Source: Bacteroidales bacterium
Lineage (GTDB): Bacteria; Bacteroidota; Bacteroidia; Bacteroidales; UBA7960
Direction: 5' to 3'
Assembly (NCBI GenBank): GCA_046484145.1
Contig: JAWOBS010000308.1
Location: forward strand, 1 to 33,277
Length of the DNA stretch: 33,277 nucleotides
Below, one piece after another: positions 10,050 to 19,381 of this stretch. The notes below the pieces were generated by a model, which searched no databases, was not told where the DNA came from, and worked only from the letters and a program-made list of their open reading frames with translations. The translations under genes and the position numbers were made by a program. Numbering within the stretch: position 1 is the first letter of the stretch; every line of letters starts with the position of its first letter.

Positions 10050-12311
10050 CTATTTCAAATTACTGAAAATAATTTCAGAATCGGGGGAAACAATAAAGTA
10101 TTCCATGTTTTCTCCAACTTCATCAAGATATCCGGTTCTGCCAATTAAGCTTATCTCATCACTTGAAATATTAAATACCTTGGTAAGAAAGACGCTGTTT
10201 TCATATAACACGGGAGTAGTTTTTATTACCTCTCCTTCCGGAGAAATTTCAAGCATAACAAAAGACCAGTTTTCTCCCATATTATTTGTTATCTGAGCAT
10301 CATTATTTATTTCATAATGTTGATAATTAAGAAAAGCCAGGTATTTATCTTCTGCTTTAACCACATCAACTAATTGCCCTTTAATTTTTAGTTCAATATC
10401 CCAATTAATGCCTGTTGTATCAGCATGCACAATATTAACAGAAGAAAATGCCCCCGGAATATACCTGTCCTTTTGTCCAAAACCCATTATAGTAATCTGA
10501 TTTATTTCATCAAAACTCAAATAAAAAGGAAAATCTTCAAATCCAGTATCAAGAACATTTAATTTTTCTCCTTCATTATCCAGATGCACTAAGTAATGGT
10601 TTTTAATTAATACTTCCTGTTCAATGTCCATACTATCCAATTCAGTAACCAAAGCATTTCCCGAGATAATGCCCTTAACACCATTTTCATATGCATAAAG
10701 CATTTCAGTTTTATATGAACCTTCATGGTTTGTGCCCATAGTATCGAATTCTTTTAACCACTGAATTTTATTTATATCTGCGATTTTGGCTATAAAAGCT
10801 TTGGATTTATTATTGTCGATATTTACAAATCCACAAGCATATGTTGGCTCGTCATCATGATATGCAATATCGGTTGTCACATATTGTAAAGAGCTAAATT
10901 CCTCGCTATCTTCAGCAACAACATATAAAGGAAGAGATATTCCATTATTATTAGAAGCAAATTTCTGCTCTTGCCTTATCTGTTCTATATTATCAAAATA
11001 GTCCTTTAGATTCAAAAGGTTATTACTAAAATTCTTTCTCAGATAGTCATGTTGCTGAACATAAAAACGCTTTAAACCTTGTTCTCCGCCATAAACATCA
11101 TTAAAAAAATCATTGAATCTTACAACACGTTCCGGTGTAATGGCAATATTAAACTCATCAAGGCGCGTTTTGCTTATATTCAAAGATTTGGCCAGCCTGT
11201 AGTAAAAACGTAGTTTTCTGTTCATCATTTCAGCAGTAGAATCAGCAGGGGAATTAATCTGATTTTTGCTTAGCAGCAGGTATTGCTGTTTTGCTTCAAG
11301 GTATCTGAAAAGTTCACGAATAAGCGAATTATTATCATACCTCCCAATTCTATAAAGAAAGAATTCATCATAAACCTCTAGTTTCGTTTCCTCATCAACA
11401 TAATCCAGCCTGTTAATCAGCTTTGCATTGTTTGAAAACAACTTTTGCACCTTATTCACTTCCTCTCTTAGCGTGATAATTTCATCGGTATATGTTTGTA
11501 TAAAATCATCAGTCCATTTTTCATAATTCCACAAATAGAAAGTATCTAGCAAGAAATTGCTATTTGTAAGTCCGTCTAATCTAAAAGTTTGAATATCACG
11601 CAAAAAGTATACTTGTTCTTTTTTATCAGAAAAAAAGCTTTTACGAAAAGCTTTGTAGTTTTCAAATTCCTCCAGGCTACTGTTAAAATTACTTTTCAGG
11701 CTCTCAAGTAATCTAAGCAGATCATCATCTGTTTGCAAATAAACTTCATTAAGGTTGTCGTAATTTTGGTTTATGTCATTGAATATGCGCACACAGGTAT
11801 TATAATGATCTTTTGATTTTTCAAAAGTTGTAAATAGATTTAAAACAGAATCTTTGTAATTTTTGCAGTATTCAATTCTTTCAAGTGTATAATTGATAAC
11901 ATCTTCATTATTCAGCCTTTTACCTGAAGCCTCAATAGGAATATTTTTATAATATTCTCTGTTTCTTCTTACCTCTGCGTTCTCAAGATAGGCAGGGAAC
12001 AACTGATAGTAAAGAACTGCATTAGATGCCCAGTGATTAATATGCTCGATATCCTGCAATGGATCGAGACCTGTAAAAATCTCTTCACAAACATTTCCCA
12101 ACTGGATGTATGTATTAGCAAACTGTGGATTCTGTGATTGATAATTAAAAAGCCTGTAAAACGCCTGTTCTTTAGTTAATTTATCTAGCTCCTCAATTAA
12201 ATCTCCATAATTAATCTTTTGTGCTTTTAATCCAAGGGCAAAAAACACAAACAAAATGGCAAGTAGCGGCCATAATGAATTTGTTTTTATATTGACACGA
12301 ATCTTTTTCAT
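10050..12311 (-). CDS. Exported hypothetical protein (helical N-terminal region, beta-rich C-terminal region)
   Basis: 753-aa ORF with a Sec signal peptide ending LKA-Q, 37 bp downstream of the OmpA gene on the same strand. No family recognised. Confidence 0.8.
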   Translation of the reverse strand: MKKIRVNIKTNSLWPLLAILFVFFALGLKAQKINYGDLIEELDKLTKEQAFYRLFNYQSQNPQFANTYIQLGNVCEEIFTGLDPLQDIEHINHWASNAVLYYQLFPAYLENAEVRRNREYYKNIPIEASGKRLNNEDVINYTLERIEYCKNYKDSVLNLFTTFEKSKDHYNTCVRIFNDINQNYDNLNEVYLQTDDDLLRLLESLKSNFNSSLEEFENYKAFRKSFFSDKKEQVYFLRDIQTFRLDGLTNSNFLLDTFYLWNYEKWTDDFIQTYTDEIITLREEVNKVQKLFSNNAKLINRLDYVDEETKLEVYDEFFLYRIGRYDNNSLIRELFRYLEAKQQYLLLSKNQINSPADSTAEMMNRKLRFYYRLAKSLNISKTRLDEFNIAITPERVVRFNDFFNDVYGGEQGLKRFYVQQHDYLRKNFSNNLLNLKDYFDNIEQIRQEQKFASNNNGISLPLYVVAEDSEEFSSLQYVTTDIAYHDDEPTYACGFVNIDNNKSKAFIAKIADINKIQWLKEFDTMGTNHEGSYKTEMLYAYENGVKGIISGNALVTELDSMDIEQEVLIKNHYLVHLDNEGEKLNVLDTGFEDFPFYLSFDEINQITIMGFGQKDRYIPGAFSSVNIVHADTTGINWDIELKIKGQLVDVVKAEDKYLAFLNYQHYEINNDAQITNNMGENWSFVMLEISPEGEVIKTTPVLYENSVFLTKVFNISSDEISLIGRTGYLDEVGENMEYFIVSPDSEIIFSNLK

Positions 12312-12348
12312 TGCTCAAATTTTGTTTCTAACAAAACGATAAAGTTTA

Positions 12349-14430
12349 TTATTGTACATCCAATATTTTAAATTCTACTCTTCTGTTTAATGCCCTGTTT
12401 TCCTCCGTTGTATTTGGCACCATTGGGTTTCTTAGCCCATAACCTCGTGCAATAATATTATCTTCAGGTACTTCATTATCCAGCAAGTAATTCACTACAG
12501 ATTGTGCTCTGCGCTTAGAGAGCATCATATTATAAGCATCACTGCCAACATCATCTGTATGTGCAGCTATTTCGAGTACGATATTGGGATTAGTAAACAT
12601 GAGGTCAACAACCCGGTCTAACTCTGCAAATGATTCGGAGTTTAGCTCTGCTGAATTTGTTGCAAAATGAATATTATTAAGCCTGATAGTGGTCTCTTTT
12701 TTCAGAGATACCAGGTCAACTTCAACATTTGTTTGTTTCTCTTCTCCTAAGTTAACCACCTGGTTGTGAAACGAATAGCCTTCCGCCCCTTTAATAGTAA
12801 ATTCATATTGGTCACCTTCTCTAAGCATGGCAGTAACTTTACCATCTTTTATATCCTGTGCAGAGAAAAAGATTGTTTCCTCCCTGTTTAAGTTGGTAAT
12901 AAAGACATCTGCATTAACAGCATCTTTGGTTTCGTAGTCGGCAATAGTAATTTCAAATGGTATTTTTATTGGTTCCAGAGGCATATTTCTTTCAAACCTT
13001 GAAAAAACTATATCACCGGAAAGGTTAAATTCAAATTCATTATCCTTAAAACCTGATGCTTTTGCAGCTATTAGATATTTTTGGCCAATGGGTAATCTTA
13101 GAGAGTATTTTCCATTTTCTATTTTTTCTGCCTTTACAATTTTTCTTTTAACATCTGAACTATCTTCAGTTATTATTTCTGCCCAAACCTCAGCTTCGAG
13201 TGGCCTGAATATTTCACCATCATAGACAGAAATAACGAGGTCGGTTTCATCGAAGAGCTCAATAAGCTCAGGCCCGGTGATTTTCTCATCTTCTCTGTAA
13301 TCGAGCTGGAAGCTTGCAAAAGAAAGTCCGGGATTTCTTACATCCACAATATAATTCTTATTATCCAACAAAGGAATCTCGTATATTCCACTCTGACTAT
13401 CAGAATAGTAGTTGCCGATAACTTGCAGTGTTGTTGGGTCAAATACAGTTAGCCCGGCTCTTACAGGCCTTTTTATCGCCTGGTTTATAATTCTGCCCCG
13501 GCTCACAATTGTTTTTTCAGGCAAATATTCTTCCTGCAGCTCAAATGAATATATAGATCCTACAGTTTCTCTCCTAATTTCCGCCTCTCTGAGAAAAAAT
13601 AACTTATTGCCGGCTAACCTGGGATTAATATTAGATTCCTCAGAAGCTATATTTGGAATTTTGACAGGAAGCATCCATGAATTTGAATAAATCTCCTTAG
13701 CATAATAAATGTCATAGCTCTCTTTATGATTATCCTGGTCTACAGATGAAAAATAAACAGTTTTTCCGTCATCTGCTACCATAAAACTATGTTCACATGC
13801 TTTGTTTATTGCATCATGCAAGGGAATTGGCGTCTCCCAATCACCTGAAACATTTCTGACAGCTGAATATATAACCTGACAATCTCTTGTTCTTCGGGGT
13901 TTTCTTGCATCTGATTGGGGGTTTCTTCTGGAGAAAAATATTTTTTGTTCCCCGACTGCCATATAAGGGTATAATTCATCAGCATGTGTGTTGATTGTTT
14001 TTTCAAGGCTTATTGGTTCGCTCCAACCTGTCCTGGTTTTATACGAGTAATAAATATCATAACCACCAACTGCATCAGTATAATTTGCATGAAAGTATAT
14101 AATACTTGCATTATAATCAAATGATGGGCCTCCGATATTAGCATTGCCGCCACCATAGTTATTAACTGAATTTATTGGAACCGGATCGCTCCAGGAACCT
14201 CTTAATAACCTTGTTTCAAACATTTGATCACGGCCATTATGTTCAACAATTATCACCATATAATCAGCGGAGTTGTTAATTGAAAAGCTCTTTATAGTAT
14301 TCCAATTTACAAATAATTCCGGCGATGGTTCTGTTTGGGCATCTACAACTTTTATAAGGGTGAAAACCATTAAAACCGGAAACAATAATGACAACTTTAC
14401 TAAAAAAGATATTTGCTTATTCCGGGCCAT
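12349..14430 (-). CDS. OmpA-family peptidoglycan-binding protein with PD40 propeller and carboxypeptidase-regulatory-like Ig domains (PorE-like architecture)
   Basis: Signal peptide VDA-Q. PD40-type motifs (GGYDIYYS, WSEP, DGKTVYFSS). C-terminal OmpA domain LNNIHF...AHTDDVGSDAYNMMLSKRRAQSV...NRRVEF. Confidence 0.9.
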   Translation of the reverse strand: MARNKQISFLVKLSLLFPVLMVFTLIKVVDAQTEPSPELFVNWNTIKSFSINNSADYMVIIVEHNGRDQMFETRLLRGSWSDPVPINSVNNYGGGNANIGGPSFDYNASIIYFHANYTDAVGGYDIYYSYKTRTGWSEPISLEKTINTHADELYPYMAVGEQKIFFSRRNPQSDARKPRRTRDCQVIYSAVRNVSGDWETPIPLHDAINKACEHSFMVADDGKTVYFSSVDQDNHKESYDIYYAKEIYSNSWMLPVKIPNIASEESNINPRLAGNKLFFLREAEIRRETVGSIYSFELQEEYLPEKTIVSRGRIINQAIKRPVRAGLTVFDPTTLQVIGNYYSDSQSGIYEIPLLDNKNYIVDVRNPGLSFASFQLDYREDEKITGPELIELFDETDLVISVYDGEIFRPLEAEVWAEIITEDSSDVKRKIVKAEKIENGKYSLRLPIGQKYLIAAKASGFKDNEFEFNLSGDIVFSRFERNMPLEPIKIPFEITIADYETKDAVNADVFITNLNREETIFFSAQDIKDGKVTAMLREGDQYEFTIKGAEGYSFHNQVVNLGEEKQTNVEVDLVSLKKETTIRLNNIHFATNSAELNSESFAELDRVVDLMFTNPNIVLEIAAHTDDVGSDAYNMMLSKRRAQSVVNYLLDNEVPEDNIIARGYGLRNPMVPNTTEENRALNRRVEFKILDVQ

Positions 14431-14482
14431 ATTTAGTAGTATTGTACTTTTTCTCTAATAGAAACAGATATGATTTTATTAG

Positions 14483-14490
14483 CAAATTTA
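14483..14490 (-). promoter_or_regulatory. -7 element (TAAATTTG) for the leftward OmpA/hypothetical/phosphatase arm
   Basis: Plus-strand CAAATTTA about 50 nt upstream of the ATG at 14430. Confidence 0.45.
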
Positions 14491-14641
14491 TAATATAAAT
14501 CCCGTAAAAGTATATATAATTCATTTTTTATAAGAAATAAAACGTAAAATAACTATATAGCAATCAAAAAAGCCTTTTAATAAATAAAGTTTTTAGTCAA
14601 CTTTTAATGAAAAAAGAATTAATTTAGCATAAACATTTGAG

Positions 14642-14649
14642 TATTTTTG
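14642..14649 (+). promoter_or_regulatory. -7 element (TATTTTTG) for the rightward CHAT arm
   Basis: TAnnTTTG match 38 nt upstream of the ATG at 14688. Confidence 0.5.
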
Positions 14650-14687
14650 TTGCTGACAGGCTTTATATAACACATATTATCAAATAA

Positions 14688-17600
14688 ATGAAAATATTAA
14701 AAATTCATATTTATCTTGCACTAATTTTTGTATTTCAAGTATTATATTCAACAAGTACTTATTCAAATAATTCCGGTTGTAATTTTCAGGATACGCAGGA
14801 AATTCAGAAAATACTTGAAAAAGCAAAATCTTTTGAATCAACAAATGCCGACAGTGCATTTTATTACTATTCTATATTAATACCAAAGGATATTTTTGAA
14901 CAAGATATTTTTAATAATTGGAAAAAGGACTCAGGCCAATCTGAAAAGTATTATACCGCAATTGCTTTAACTGAATCAGGCCTGATTTATTTAAGAAAAG
15001 ATGATGTTTTTAATGGGGAGCAATATTTAAAAAAATCTTTAGTCATAGCTGATATTATTGAAGAGTTTCGCCTTGCTGTTTATGCTTCAAACAACCTTGC
15101 TGTTTTCTTTGCAGAAAGAAAAAACTATTTCAAAGCCATCGAATATTTTGAGATTTCACTTGCTTATAATAAAAAGCTTGCAGATACCGATGGAATTATA
15201 TACTGTAAAGGAAATCTTGGTGCCTTGTACGGAAATATGGGAAATTATTATGCTGCAGCACATTATTATGAAAAGCTGTTGGAACTGCAGCAAAAATCAA
15301 ACATTCCTATAGAAACCGTTAATGAAATAATTAATATAGCGATGCTTTATACCAAACTTAATGAGGCAGAAAAGGCTATAGTATATTGGGAAAAATCACT
15401 GGAAGAGAGTATCAAAAGAGATGAAACTGAGTTTTTAAGTTTAATATATTCCAATCTTGGTTCAAACTATTACGACAAAGAAGAATACGAAAAAGCCTAC
15501 CGTAATTATTTAAAATATCTGGAAATCAGCAAGCTGGCAGGCAACAAAAACAATGAGGTGCTGGCATTGAACAATATAGCTATTATTGAATACACTCTTG
15601 GCAAGTATCATGAATGTATTGAAAGCTGGGAAAAAGTCATTGAGCTGGCCAAAGAAACCGGGCAAGGTCAAATGATCTTTGATGGATTATTAAATCTCAG
15701 TAATATATACTCACAACTTGGAGAGGTGGAAAAATCTCTTAGTTATTATAATCAATACCTGGATATGGGCAGGCAGGTTAATGATCCTGAACTTATAGCC
15801 AAGGCTAACTTAAGTATTGGGGAAGTTTTGATGCAGGCACAAAATTACCCTGAATCGAGAGAATATTTTAAGAAAGCACATGAAGATTATATAACGATGG
15901 GCAATTTTTCTGAAGCTGCCAAGATAAATAATATCATTGCCGGAACATATGCAAGCGAAAACAATATGGTTAAGGCCATAGAATTTTTCAACAAAAACAT
16001 AGACTCCGCGGAGATGAAAGATAGCATGCTAATTGCAGAATCTCATCAAGGATTAGCTGATCTGTTTCGTCAGAACAGGCAATTTGGGCAGGCAATCAAA
16101 AACTATGAAATTGCCCTGTCTATCTATAGGGAAAAACGCCAATTAAACAGGGCTGCATCATGTTTAAATGCACTTGCTAGTGTCCAGGAAGTATATGGTG
16201 ATCTGCCAAAAGCTATTGACCTGTATGAGGAAGCACTTGACTTTGCAGTTGAGATGGGAAACAAAGAAGCAGAGGCTGCTATTTACAATAATATTGGTGT
16301 TGTGTTCAGACAATTGGGAGATTTGCTTAAAGCAGAAAATTCATATTTGAAAGCAACGGTTATATATGAGCAACTTGATAATAAGGATGCGATTGCATAC
16401 TGTTATAACAATCTGGGCGTAATTTATGAAATTGCCGGTGATTATGAAACTGCCAGTGATTATTATCAAAAATCATTTAATATAAAGTTTAACACTAATG
16501 ACAGGAAGGGATTGGCTGCAAGCTTGTTAAATATGGGAAATATCTACAGGTTTCAGGGAGATTTTGAGAATGCTCTGGATTATTATTATCAATCACTTGA
16601 TATATATGAAGAATTAAATGATCAACATGGAATCGCTGTTGTTTTAGCAAGCTTATCAGCTTTAAAAATAGAAACCGGAGAATTTAATGTTGCTATAGGC
16701 CTGGCCGAAAAAAGCAGGGCTATTTCAGAGCAGTATGGCTACCTGAATACTTTAAGGGAGTCATACAGGCAACTTGCATGGGCTCAAAACAAAACTGACA
16801 ATGAGGAAAAAGCGGAACATTACTACCTGAAAGTAATCGAAATGAATCACGATGAGATTACAAGAAACTTTTCTATTCTTTCAGAAAGCGAGAAAGAGAA
16901 GTTTTTTGAAACCGTAGCTGAGGATTTCGAGCGTTTTAATGCATTCGCACTTGAACGTCAGAAAAATAATCCTGAAATTACCGGAGAGGTATATGATAAC
17001 TTATTAAGAAACAAAGGATTATTGCTCAAGTCAAGCACTGCAATGAGAAATGCTGTTTTAAGCAGTGGCGATGAGGAATTAGTGAAAAGTTTCAATAACT
17101 GGATAAGATTAAAACAGGAAATCGCAGAACAATACACTCTGTCTGCTGATGAAAGAAGTGACAATATAAAACAAATGGAAGAAGAGGCAAATGACCTTGA
17201 AAGATTTTTGGTCAGAAACTCAAATGAATTTAGCGAATTTGAACAAAGCCTTGCAGTATCATGGCAGCAAGTAAAACAAAATTTAAAACCTAATGAAGCC
17301 GCCATTGAGTTTACTCATTTCAAAAACTCAAATGATGAAATACTTTATTGCGCATTAATTCTAAAACCGGAAAGAGATTACCCTGAGATGATACCACTTT
17401 TTGATGAAGTGCTGCTTGAAGAGACTACAAACCGGTTTTCAGGTAACAACTATCAGTATATTAGCCAGATATATGGCGAAAGACATTCTGCCTTATCAAG
17501 CTTATATGAATTAATTTGGCGGCCATTAGAAGGTTATCTTCACTATGCTGACAGAATATATCTCTCTCCATCCGGCTTATTGCATAAAATTGCCTTTTCT

Positions 17601-18455
17601 GCTATAAGCGAAGACCGTGATCATTTTTTAATTGATGATTTTGAAATCTATAATCTGAGTACCACAGCAAATGTTGGATCTGATGTAACTATCAATATTA
17701 ACAATGATATTAATTTTTCTTTATTTGGAGGTATTGATTATACAGTTGACTCTGATGATGAATCATGGAGTTATTTGCCGGGAACATTAAGTGAAGTCAA
17801 TAATATAAAAAGTATTGTTAAGCCAATAATAGATAACACTACAGCTAAGACCGGCATTAAAGCTACTGAAGAAAATTTTAAAGAATTGGCCGTAAACAGC
17901 CAAATTTTACACATTGCTACTCACGGTTTCTTTTTTCCCGATCCTGCAACATTGCAAGAAATAGTTACCACGGAAGTTAAGTACGAAGAAGTAATTTTCA
18001 GGGCTGGCAGCCCCGGTTTTGGCCACCGAAACTTCGTTAGCAATAGCAATCCTCTTATGAGATCAGGCTTGGTATTTGCAGGTGTTAATGATTATTGGTC
18101 AGGTAAGAAAGAAATAAAAGATGATGATGGAGTACTGACTGCTTTGGAGGTTATAAATATTGACATGAGAAGAAACCAGCTGGTTGTAATGTCTGCCTGT
18201 GAAACCGGACTTGGAGATATTAAAGGTAGTGAAGGCGTTTATGGATTGCAAAGAGCTTTTAAAATGGCTGGCACAAAACATATGATAATGAGCCTGTGGA
18301 AAGTCCCGGACAAAGAAACAGCAGAATTCATGGAAACTTTTTACAAATTATTACTTGAAGAAAATGACCTGTATCATGCATTTTTGGAAACTCAAAGAAA
18401 GATGAGAGCATTATATGATCCGTTTTATTGGGCAGCCTTTGTTCTTATTAAGTAA
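14688..18455 (+). CDS. TPR-CHAT (caspase/HetF-like, clan CD) cysteine protease with N-terminal signal-like sequence
   Basis: Long array of about 40-aa TPRs. CHAT motifs SPSGLLHKIAF, LPGTLSEV, ILHIATHGFF (His codon 17922-17924), SGLVFAG, VVMSACETGLG (Cys codon 18198-18200), SLWKVPD and PFYWAAFVL. Confidence 0.93.
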   Translation: MKILKIHIYLALIFVFQVLYSTSTYSNNSGCNFQDTQEIQKILEKAKSFESTNADSAFYYYSILIPKDIFEQDIFNNWKKDSGQSEKYYTAIALTESGLIYLRKDDVFNGEQYLKKSLVIADIIEEFRLAVYASNNLAVFFAERKNYFKAIEYFEISLAYNKKLADTDGIIYCKGNLGALYGNMGNYYAAAHYYEKLLELQQKSNIPIETVNEIINIAMLYTKLNEAEKAIVYWEKSLEESIKRDETEFLSLIYSNLGSNYYDKEEYEKAYRNYLKYLEISKLAGNKNNEVLALNNIAIIEYTLGKYHECIESWEKVIELAKETGQGQMIFDGLLNLSNIYSQLGEVEKSLSYYNQYLDMGRQVNDPELIAKANLSIGEVLMQAQNYPESREYFKKAHEDYITMGNFSEAAKINNIIAGTYASENNMVKAIEFFNKNIDSAEMKDSMLIAESHQGLADLFRQNRQFGQAIKNYEIALSIYREKRQLNRAASCLNALASVQEVYGDLPKAIDLYEEALDFAVEMGNKEAEAAIYNNIGVVFRQLGDLLKAENSYLKATVIYEQLDNKDAIAYCYNNLGVIYEIAGDYETASDYYQKSFNIKFNTNDRKGLAASLLNMGNIYRFQGDFENALDYYYQSLDIYEELNDQHGIAVVLASLSALKIETGEFNVAIGLAEKSRAISEQYGYLNTLRESYRQLAWAQNKTDNEEKAEHYYLKVIEMNHDEITRNFSILSESEKEKFFETVAEDFERFNAFALERQKNNPEITGEVYDNLLRNKGLLLKSSTAMRNAVLSSGDEELVKSFNNWIRLKQEIAEQYTLSADERSDNIKQMEEEANDLERFLVRNSNEFSEFEQSLAVSWQQVKQNLKPNEAAIEFTHFKNSNDEILYCALILKPERDYPEMIPLFDEVLLEETTNRFSGNNYQYISQIYGERHSALSSLYELIWRPLEGYLHYADRIYLSPSGLLHKIAFSAISEDRDHFLIDDFEIYNLSTTANVGSDVTININNDINFSLFGGIDYTVDSDDESWSYLPGTLSEVNNIKSIVKPIIDNTTAKTGIKATEENFKELAVNSQILHIATHGFFFPDPATLQEIVTTEVKYEEVIFRAGSPGFGHRNFVSNSNPLMRSGLVFAGVNDYWSGKKEIKDDDGVLTALEVINIDMRRNQLVVMSACETGLGDIKGSEGVYGLQRAFKMAGTKHMIMSLWKVPDKETAEFMETFYKLLLEENDLYHAFLETQRKMRALYDPFYWAAFVLIK

Positions 18456-18540
18456 TTTTTTTTGTTTTTTTAGGATTTTATTATACAAATTTGTACATTT
18501 ATCATCGCAAAACATTAATAATCATAAAAATAGAAGCATT

Positions 18541-19344
18541 ATGAAAGCATTAATAAATATTTTTTTTAGTGTAATTTTTATTACAGCATTACTTAGCACT
18601 TCGCAAATATCTGCACAGGATTATCAAACAATTAGGGTAAATGGGACAATATTATTAGAGAAAAATAATGCAATGTTGGAAAGAGGCACTATATTTAATG
18701 AAGAAGATAATCTTATTTTTAGAACCTATAATTCAATCGCCACAGTCATCAATCCTCAAAAAGGAAGATTTGTTTTAAGGCCGGATAATACAGACCTGGC
18801 ATATGCTAAAGCCAGCTATACGCCTGCAATGAGTAATATCAGCTCCAGGAGTTCAGAGCTTATGACTGTTCTCGACATGAAAAATCACTTTAAAGGGAAG
18901 TATGTGATTTTCGATGAGATAAATCTGAAAATTAACGAAGATGCTTTCCCTATGGATGAAGAAAATTTCTTCTATATTCAATATGTTTATGATGGCGAAA
19001 GAATAAACAAGCAGCTGCCTCACAATGAAGATCAGCTTTTATTAATTAAAGAAGAAATTTACAAAATCGATGGTGAGCCAATCAGTAAAGATGATGTATC
19101 TGAAATGGAAGTTTGGTACATGCAAAGAGATAAGGGTAACAAAAGCACTTTAATTGGCAATTTTGAACCTGTTCTCATTGATAATGAAGAATTAGTGAGT
19201 GAAATAGGTATTATTTTTGAAGTTTATAAAGATAAAACCTGGGAAGAAAAGCTTAATGAAGCATTATCTTTTATGAATGAGTTTTATGGCACTCCAAACA
19301 GGGATAGTCTTGAAGAATGGATAAAAGAAAATATTGAGATATAA
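18541..19344 (+). CDS. Exported hypothetical protein (267 aa)
   Basis: ATG at 18541 gives a clean signal peptide MKALINIFFSVIFITALLSTSQISA-Q. The track start at 18415 overlaps the CHAT gene and is unlikely. Confidence 0.8.
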   Translation: MKALINIFFSVIFITALLSTSQISAQDYQTIRVNGTILLEKNNAMLERGTIFNEEDNLIFRTYNSIATVINPQKGRFVLRPDNTDLAYAKASYTPAMSNISSRSSELMTVLDMKNHFKGKYVIFDEINLKINEDAFPMDEENFFYIQYVYDGERINKQLPHNEDQLLLIKEEIYKIDGEPISKDDVSEMEVWYMQRDKGNKSTLIGNFEPVLIDNEELVSEIGIIFEVYKDKTWEEKLNEALSFMNEFYGTPNRDSLEEWIKENIEI

Positions 19345-19381
19345 AGTATAACCTCAATTAATACCGTCCAAATAGTTTTTT

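Noticed and set aside
14688-18455. TPR-CHAT as a CRISPR type III-E (Craspase) or other antiphage effector
   Set aside because: There are no cas genes, CRISPR repeats, SAVED/STAND domains or gasdermin in the window, and the protein appears exported.
18484-18495. 12-bp perfect palindrome TACAAATTTGTA upstream of the 267-aa gene
   Set aside because: It is short and AT-rich, so expected by chance at this base composition, and I noticed no second copy.
18415-18540. N-terminal extension of the 309-aa ORF in the track
   Set aside because: It overlaps the CHAT 3' end and runs through T-rich intergenic sequence. ATG 18541 yields a canonical signal peptide.
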